Of a stretch of DNA of 64,000 nt, positions 59,057 through 64,000 are shown piece by piece. The number at the start of each line of letters is the position of its first letter. Positions within the stretch are counted from its first letter, which is position 1. A model generated the notes under the pieces. It did not search any database and was not told where the DNA came from. It worked only from the letters and a program-made list of their open reading frames with translations. The stretch comes from Aeromicrobium sp. (GTDB lineage Bacteria; Actinomycetota; Actinomycetes; Propionibacteriales; Nocardioidaceae): NCBI GenBank assembly GCA_045806885.1, contig JBJMIJ010000013.1, forward strand, positions 150,110 through 214,109, in the 5' to 3' direction. A program made the position numbers and the translations under genes.

Positions 59057-59129
59057 TGGAGCATAGGAGATTCGAACTCCTGACCTCTTCGATGCGAACG
59101 AAGCGCGCTACCAACTGCGCCAATGCCCC
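59057..59129 (-). tRNA. tRNA-Ala (anticodon CGC)
   Basis: Folds by hand: acceptor GGGGCAT/ATGCTCC with the G3:U70 Ala identity pair, D arm GCGC/GCGC, anticodon stem CTTCG/CGAAG with loop TTCGCAT, T arm AGGAG-TTCGAAT-CTCCT. 73 nt, CCA not encoded. Confidence 0.9.
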
Positions 59130-59153
59130 AAGGGCATCGAGAATATCAGGCGG

Positions 59154-60089
59154 TCACTCGCCGGCAGCGCGGCGCTGACCGTCGGCTGCGGAGTCCTCGG
59201 AGGCGGCCGCCGGCAGCTCGGTTTCTTCGCCCTCGACGTGGCCTGACGTCCACACGCCGGGCGCGTCGAAGTCGATCGTCCGTACGGTCCGGCCCGCCCT
59301 TGGCTTGGTCACATAGGTCGGCAAGGTGACGGGCAGCGGGTCCCACACCATCGCGCCGTGGCTGGCCGCCGACGGCACCGCGATGACCAGTTGCTCGTCG
59401 AGCGCATCGGCCTCCAGCGGCACGTTCTCCATGATGTGCTTGCGGTCCGGCTCGACGTCCTCCAGCTGGCCGGACACCTGGACGGTGTCCTCCTCGACCG
59501 CGGCCGAGGTGCTCAACCGGACGACGTGCGCCATGCGCGGCTTGATGGACTTGAGCGAGATGCTCGGCATCCGGACCGCGCGTTCGGTGACGATGCCGTA
59601 CTCATGGCGAACCTGGACGCGGCACGCCACGAGCCACGCCACCAGCAACGCAGCCGGGATGGCGATGCTCCAGACCGGGACGACCTGGAAGGCCAGCAGC
59701 ACGCCGACGATCACGTTGGCGCCGAGCAACGTCAGCAGGACCCGACGACGTCGACGCGCGGCGACGCGCGCAGTCGTGCGGGTGTGACCCGCACGAGCGG
59801 CACGGGGCGCCCTCACGACAGGCGCGGAAGCATCTTCGGCGGCCTCGACGCTGTCCTCAACATCATCGACGTCGTCGACCTCGACGGCGGCAACGTCCCT
59901 GGCCGACGAGCGGCGAATGACCCGGCTCAGCGGGGTCAGGACCTCGAGAGCCGAGTTGTTGTGCGCCTCGTCGTAGCGACGCAGCGCAAGCGGTACGAAA
60001 TACGCCGCCCACACGGTGACGACGAATGCGACTATCAAGCCGGTGCCCACGGAAAAACCGTAGGCCCGCGGCGGCGAGATTCCCGGCAA
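59154..60089 (-). CDS. membrane protein, SepX/GlpR-like by position and architecture
   Basis: N-terminal TM (GLIVAFVVTVWAAYFVPLALRRYDEA), acidic linker, Arg-rich segment, two more TMs. Sits beside the moeA/glp-type gene cluster. Confidence 0.45.
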   Translation of the reverse strand: MPGISPPRAYGFSVGTGLIVAFVVTVWAAYFVPLALRRYDEAHNNSALEVLTPLSRVIRRSSARDVAAVEVDDVDDVEDSVEAAEDASAPVVRAPRAARAGHTRTTARVAARRRRRVLLTLLGANVIVGVLLAFQVVPVWSIAIPAALLVAWLVACRVQVRHEYGIVTERAVRMPSISLKSIKPRMAHVVRLSTSAAVEEDTVQVSGQLEDVEPDRKHIMENVPLEADALDEQLVIAVPSAASHGAMVWDPLPVTLPTYVTKPRAGRTVRTIDFDAPGVWTSGHVEGEETELPAAASEDSAADGQRRAAGE

Positions 60090-60118
60090 CGCGGCCGTGT
60101 CGCGTGGAAGTTGTGGGA

Positions 60119-60715
60119 CTACTGGTGCTTGGGCAACCTGTCGACGACCTTGGCTTCGACGTCATCGACGACCAGCTGGAACAGCCGATGGTCGCGCCAC
60201 TGCCCGGCGATGTGCAGGTAACTGGGCGCCAGGCCGACCTCGGTGAAGCCGAGCTTCTCGACCACGCGGAGGCTCCGCTCGTTCTCCGGCCGGATGGCGA
60301 TCTCGATGCGATGCAGCTGGGCCACCTCGAACAGGTGGTCGCAGATCATCGCCACTGCAGTCGGGATGATGCCTCGGCCGGCGTGCGTCCGCGTCACCCA
60401 ATAGCCCAGGTTGGCGCTGCGGCTGGAGCCCAGGATGATCCCGTTGACCGTCAGCAGGCCGACCATGTCGCCCTCCCACGTCACCACGAACGGCAGCGAT
60501 TGCCCCGTCCGCGCGCGGGCGAGCATCGCCTTGACCATCGCCCGGTGCGACGCGAACGGAGGCTGGGTGTCGGGCGGCAGCGTCGCCTCCCACGGGCCGA
60601 GCCAGTCCACCTGTGCACCGCGCAGCTGCTGCCACGTACCTGCGTCGCGCAGCCGCAGGGACCGTACGCCGACCGGACCGCGCCGAAGCGATACGGGCCA
60701 GAGCGCCCCGCTCAG
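60119..60715 (-). CDS. rimJ: RimJ/RimL-like GNAT N-acetyltransferase; start codon unresolved (CTG 60715 proposed; first canonical start is GTG 60610)
   Basis: GNAT core (GYWVTRTHAGRGIIPTAV...HRIEIAIRPENERSLRVVEKLGF...GQWRDH). 35 in-frame upstream codons encode the conserved first strand (VGVRSLRLRDAGTWQQL) with no ATG, GTG or TTG. Confidence 0.6.
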   Translation of the reverse strand: MSGALWPVSLRRGPVGVRSLRLRDAGTWQQLRGAQVDWLGPWEATLPPDTQPPFASHRAMVKAMLARARTGQSLPFVVTWEGDMVGLLTVNGIILGSSRSANLGYWVTRTHAGRGIIPTAVAMICDHLFEVAQLHRIEIAIRPENERSLRVVEKLGFTEVGLAPSYLHIAGQWRDHRLFQLVVDDVEAKVVDRLPKHQ

Positions 60716-61182
60716 TGGTCGACCCCGCGGATCTGGCTGACCGCGTGCGGGACGACGTCGGCCAGCACCTCGATCGCGTCCTTCACGCCGCCGCGGGAGC
60801 CGGGCAGGTTGACGACGAGGGTCTCCCCCGCCACGCCGGCGACGCCGCGCGACAGCGCAGCCGTCGGCACGCCCTTGGCGATGCCGAAGGCGCGAATCGC
60901 CTCGGCCACGCCCGGGAGCTCGCGGTCCAGCACAGTCGTCGTGACCTCCGGAGTCCGGTCGGTCGGGCTGATGCCGGTGCCACCCGTGGTGAGCACCACG
61001 GCCACCTGATCGGCGATGGCTTCGCGCAGGGCATCAGCCACTGGCTCGCCGTCAGGCACCACGACCGGCGCTGGCGTCTCGAATCCCCAGTTCGTCAGCG
61101 CCTCGACGATGAGGGGTCCGGTGTCGTCGGCGTAGACGCCCGCCGCCGCCCGGTTGGACGCGACGATCACCCGAGCCTTCAC
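60712..61182 (-). CDS. MogA/MoaB family molybdenum cofactor biosynthesis protein
   Basis: VVLTTGGTGISPTDRTPE motif; 156 aa. Confidence 0.85.
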   Translation of the reverse strand: MKARVIVASNRAAAGVYADDTGPLIVEALTNWGFETPAPVVVPDGEPVADALREAIADQVAVVLTTGGTGISPTDRTPEVTTTVLDRELPGVAEAIRAFGIAKGVPTAALSRGVAGVAGETLVVNLPGSRGGVKDAIEVLADVVPHAVSQIRGVDH

Positions 61183-61643
61183 TCGGCGCTCCAGTCCCCA
61201 CTGCGGCCGCCCGACTTCCCGACGACGCGGACGTCGGTGATGCGCGCGTGCTTGTCGACTGCCTTCACCATGTCGATGACCGTCAGCGCGGCCACGGTGA
61301 CGGAGGTGAGCGCCTCCATCTCCACGCCGGTGCGGGCGGTCGTGCGGACCTCGGCCCGGATCTCGACGGCGTCATCGACAACGTCAAGGTCGACGGTGAC
61401 TCCATCGATCGCCAGCGGGTGGCACAGCGGCACGAGGTCGGGCGTTCGCTTGGCCGCCTGGATTCCGGCGACGCGTGCGACGGCGAGAGCGTCGCCCTTG
61501 GGCACGCCCTCTCCGCGCAGGAGCCGCACGACCTCCGCAGAGACGTTGACGCGGCCCCTGGCGACGGCCGTGCGGACGGTGACGTCCTTGCCCGACACAT
61601 CGACCATACGAGCGGCCCCCGCGTCGTCGACGTGCGAGAACAT
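61179..61643 (-). CDS. moaC: cyclic pyranopterin monophosphate synthase
   Basis: MVDVSGKDVT...LVPLCHPL...TGVEMEALT motifs. ATGA overlap downstream and TGATG overlap upstream. Confidence 0.9.
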   Translation of the reverse strand: MFSHVDDAGAARMVDVSGKDVTVRTAVARGRVNVSAEVVRLLRGEGVPKGDALAVARVAGIQAAKRTPDLVPLCHPLAIDGVTVDLDVVDDAVEIRAEVRTTARTGVEMEALTSVTVAALTVIDMVKAVDKHARITDVRVVGKSGGRSGDWSAE

Positions 61644-62929
61644 CAGAACGGCCTGTCGAGGACGAGCGTGCGGACGGTCTCGCCCATGTTGAGCGCGGTC
61701 TCGTCCTCACCCACGACGATGAGGGCGTTCGCCTTGGCGAGGGCGCCGATGCGATGCGACTCGTGGCCGAGGATGGGCGTGACCTTGGCGCCGCGGTGCG
61801 TGACCTCGAAGAACCCTCGGACGTACTGCCGGAAGCCGGGCTTCGACTGGATGTCGGACGCCAGGACGGCATGGACCATCGGGCGTCGGTACGGCGTCCG
61901 GCCCATCATCCGGCGGATGGCCGGCAGGACGAACACTTCGAACGACACGTAGGCAGACACCGGGTTGCCGGGCAGCGTGACGATCGGCGTCTCCTCCTCG
62001 AAGAGCGTGCCGAAGCCCTGCGGCTTGCCCGGCTGCATCGCGACCTTGTCGAACTGGACCGTCCCGAGGCTGGTCAGAAACTGCTTGACGACGTCCTTCT
62101 CGCCCTCGCTCACACCGCCGCTCGTCACGACGAGGTCAGCGCGCACGAGCTGCTCGGCGAGCGACTCCTGCAGCACGCGCGGGTCGTCGGCCACCGCCCC
62201 GACGCGGTAGGCAATGGCACCGGCGGCCCGCACGGAGGCCGCCAGCATGTAGCTGTTGCCGTCGTAGATCGAGTCGTACTCGAGGTGTGCACCGGGCTCG
62301 CGCAGCTCATTGCCCGTGGACAGGACGACGACGCGCGGCCGCGGCCTGGCCCGTACACGGGACGACCCGAGCGATGCGAGCAACCCGATCTCCCGCGGGC
62401 CGAGCACCGTCCCGGCCGGCAGCACGAGGTCGCCGGCCTGGACGTCCGCGCCGGTCATTCGGACGTTTGCCCCGGCCTCCACCGCCTGGCGGATCTCGAC
62501 GCTCGTAGAACCGCGGTTCGTCTGCTCGAAGGGGACCACCGCGTCGGCCCCGCGCGGCACCGGAGCCCCGGTCATGATCTTGACTGCCGTGCCCGCGCTG
62601 ATCGCGAACGGCTTTCCGCCGCCGGCATGGATCTCGCCGACGACCGGCAGTGTCACGGCACTGTTCTTCGACGCGCCGGCGACGTCCTCGGCGCGCACGG
62701 CGTAACCGTCCATCGCCGAGTTGTCGAACCGCGGCAGGTCGATCGGCGCAATCAAGTTCTCGTGCAACGGGAGCCCGAGCGATTCGACGACTGGCTGGTC
62801 GTAGGCCTCGAGTGGCCCAAGCGCGCGCAGGATGCGCTCAAGGTGGTCCTCGACGGTGATCAGTCCGTCCGGAACGCTCGACGGCTTGACCCGCGCCGAA
62901 CCATCGGAGGGGGGCGCCATGGACTTCAC
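61643..62929 (-). CDS. moeA: molybdopterin molybdotransferase MoeA family (could equally be the gephyrin-like Glp paralog)
   Basis: NSAMDGYAV, TGAPVP and STGNEL motifs; 428 aa. Confidence 0.8.
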   Translation of the reverse strand: MKSMAPPSDGSARVKPSSVPDGLITVEDHLERILRALGPLEAYDQPVVESLGLPLHENLIAPIDLPRFDNSAMDGYAVRAEDVAGASKNSAVTLPVVGEIHAGGGKPFAISAGTAVKIMTGAPVPRGADAVVPFEQTNRGSTSVEIRQAVEAGANVRMTGADVQAGDLVLPAGTVLGPREIGLLASLGSSRVRARPRPRVVVLSTGNELREPGAHLEYDSIYDGNSYMLAASVRAAGAIAYRVGAVADDPRVLQESLAEQLVRADLVVTSGGVSEGEKDVVKQFLTSLGTVQFDKVAMQPGKPQGFGTLFEEETPIVTLPGNPVSAYVSFEVFVLPAIRRMMGRTPYRRPMVHAVLASDIQSKPGFRQYVRGFFEVTHRGAKVTPILGHESHRIGALAKANALIVVGEDETALNMGETVRTLVLDRPF

Positions 62930-64000
62930 CCTAGCCGGGTGTGATCCGGGACTCGGCGCGCCGTTCCGTCATCCTCGAGCCGCACGTCGGCGGTGACGGC
63001 TACGTCCGAACCCAGCGTCCAGTCGCCCTCGACCGTGAACGACGTGGCGTCCCGCAGGGACGGCGCCGCCGGGACCCGCGCCTCGAAATCGGCGATCGTC
63101 TTGAAGAAGCGCGGGTCGAGCCGGACGAGCGGTGGGTCGACCACCGCATGCAACACGCCGTCCTCCCCCATGTCGTAGACGTCGGAGCGCACGAGCAGCA
63201 GGTCGTTCGTGGACTTCACCGGACGCATGCGCGACCGGCTCACTTCGATCGCCACGGCGCCCTCGAACACCTCGACGGCTGCGCCCATCGCGGACTCGAT
63301 CTGCACGACCGGCGGCGTGGACGCGTCGGTGGGGTCGACCGTCTTGACGTTACGAATGAGCGGGAGGCCCAGCACGCCGGACCGCTCGGCCAGCGCGGCC
63401 GCGAGCTGCTCGAGGTCGAACCAGAGGTTGTTGGTGTTGAAGTAGCGATGGCGCTCGATGTCTGCGGCGAACTCGGCATCCTCCGGGGGCGTCTGCGCGG
63501 TCTCGCGGAGCACGAGCCGGCCGTCCGAGCGCCGGACGACCAGCTGGCCGCCCTTCACGTCGGCGGCCGTGCGGCGACTGACCTCCATCGCGAACGGCGC
63601 ACCGCTGGCGGCGAACCACGCCATCATCGCCGGATCCGGGACCGCACCGAGGTTGTCCGAGTTGGAGACCGACGCGTAGCGGATCCCCGCATCCAGCAGG
63701 GCACGCAGCACGCCCGATGTCTCGAGCGCGGTGTAGAGGTCGCCGTGACCGGGCGGGCACCACTCGAGTCGGGGGTCGGCCGGCCACTCGATCGGCGTCA
63801 GGTCGTCCAGCCTGAGCTTGGGCTCCTGGTTCTGAAGGAACGCCAACGGCAGGCCGTCGACCTCGAGCCCGTATGGCTTGAGCGCGGCGAGCGTGTCGTC
63901 GTGCGTCGCGAAGCTGTTCATGAACATGATCGGCAACCGGACGCCCAGCGACTCGCGGACGTGCTGCACCTGGCGGACGATGATGTCGAGGAACGTGAGC
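62926..64000 (-). CDS. UDPGP-family (eukaryotic-type) UTP--glucose-1-phosphate uridylyltransferase, 5' end outside the window
   Basis: MNSFATHDDT, PPGHGDLY and NSDNLG motifs. The frame stays open to position 64000. Confidence 0.7.
   Translation of the reverse strand, partial: LTFLDIIVRQVQHVRESLGVRLPIMFMNSFATHDDTLAALKPYGLEVDGLPLAFLQNQEPKLRLDDLTPIEWPADPRLEWCPPGHGDLYTALETSGVLRALLDAGIRYASVSNSDNLGAVPDPAMMAWFAASGAPFAMEVSRRTAADVKGGQLVVRRSDGRLVLRETAQTPPEDAEFAADIERHRYFNTNNLWFDLEQLAAALAERSGVLGLPLIRNVKTVDPTDASTPPVVQIESAMGAAVEVFEGAVAIEVSRSRMRPVKSTNDLLLVRSDVYDMGEDGVLHAVVDPPLVRLDPRFFKTIADFEARVPAAPSLRDATSFTVEGDWTLGSDVAVTADVRLEDDGTARRVPDHTRLG

Noticed and set aside
1-64000. CRISPR arrays, rRNA genes, intact IS elements, prophage or integrase genes
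   Set aside because: I saw no regularly spaced direct repeats, no rRNA-like conserved stretches, and no transposase, integrase or capsid-like translations. The only mobile trace is the HNH remnant at about 43.7-44.3 kb, plus the tRNA 3'-end duplicate.

Overview
High-GC actinobacterial chromosomal segment (about 68-72% GC by eye), densely coding on both strands. I support about 80 protein-coding genes and one tRNA-Ala(CGC). I found no rRNA, no CRISPR array and no intact mobile element. All functional calls come from reading motifs in the supplied translations and the raw sequence; no database or HMM search was possible, so family names are recognitions, not hits.

Gene blocks:
- 0.2-8.9 kb: redox cluster with two paralogous AurF-like diiron oxygenases, an FprB-type ferredoxin/FNR fusion, a BVMO, two TetRs, ACAD and SDRs.
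- 9-16 kb: six-gene lipid beta-oxidation operon (tandem-fused ACAD, SDR, double-hotdog hydratase, SRPBCC, SCP2-type thiolase) plus a divergent ACAD.
- 16-24 kb: BacA/Rv1819c-like ABC transporter, a TetR with two HlyD adaptors and a DHA2 MFS pump, and an OYE reductase.
- 24.2-37 kb: general-stress island headed by an orphan SigB/SigF-like sigma factor.
- 37-39.2 kb: arsR-aquaglyceroporin-arsC operon with a trailing DUF4344 lipoprotein and a divergent 12-codon Cys-rich micro-ORF.
- 39.3-43.1 kb: GXWXG/DUF4334 protein, alpha-dioxygenase-like haem enzyme and P450 operon.
- 43.2-44.3 kb: chimeric alpha/beta-hydrolase::HNH (DUF222/REP13E12-like) remnant.
- 44.3-49 kb: rsmI, pmt and alkB-rubredoxin-TetR.
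- 49-57.8 kb: ECF sigma with DUF4349, then an oxidative cluster (MpaB-like oxygenase, GMC oxidoreductase, BVMO, P450) with TetRs.
- 57.9-59.1 kb: lower-GC MOSC gene beside tRNA-Ala, with an 18-nt copy of the tRNA 3' end nearby.
- 59.2-64 kb: SepX/GlpR-like membrane protein, rimJ-like GNAT, MoaB/Mog, moaC, moeA, and a UDPGP-type uridylyltransferase that runs off the right edge.

Most interesting signals:
- The stress island carries 16 recurring GNNT-N15/16-GGGTA promoter-like elements. Eight use an unusual G(C/A)AT -35, and seven sit 8-10 nt from a start codon, implying leaderless mRNAs.
- The split dioxygenase plus P450 operon resembles a bacterial version of fungal Ppo / linoleate diol synthase.
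- The micro-ORF MCCDDCCPGGCC has a strong Shine-Dalgarno site in the ars control region.
- A variant Nramp is translationally coupled to two PRC-barrel proteins.
- Diiron oxygenases are paired with dedicated iron-sulfur partners.
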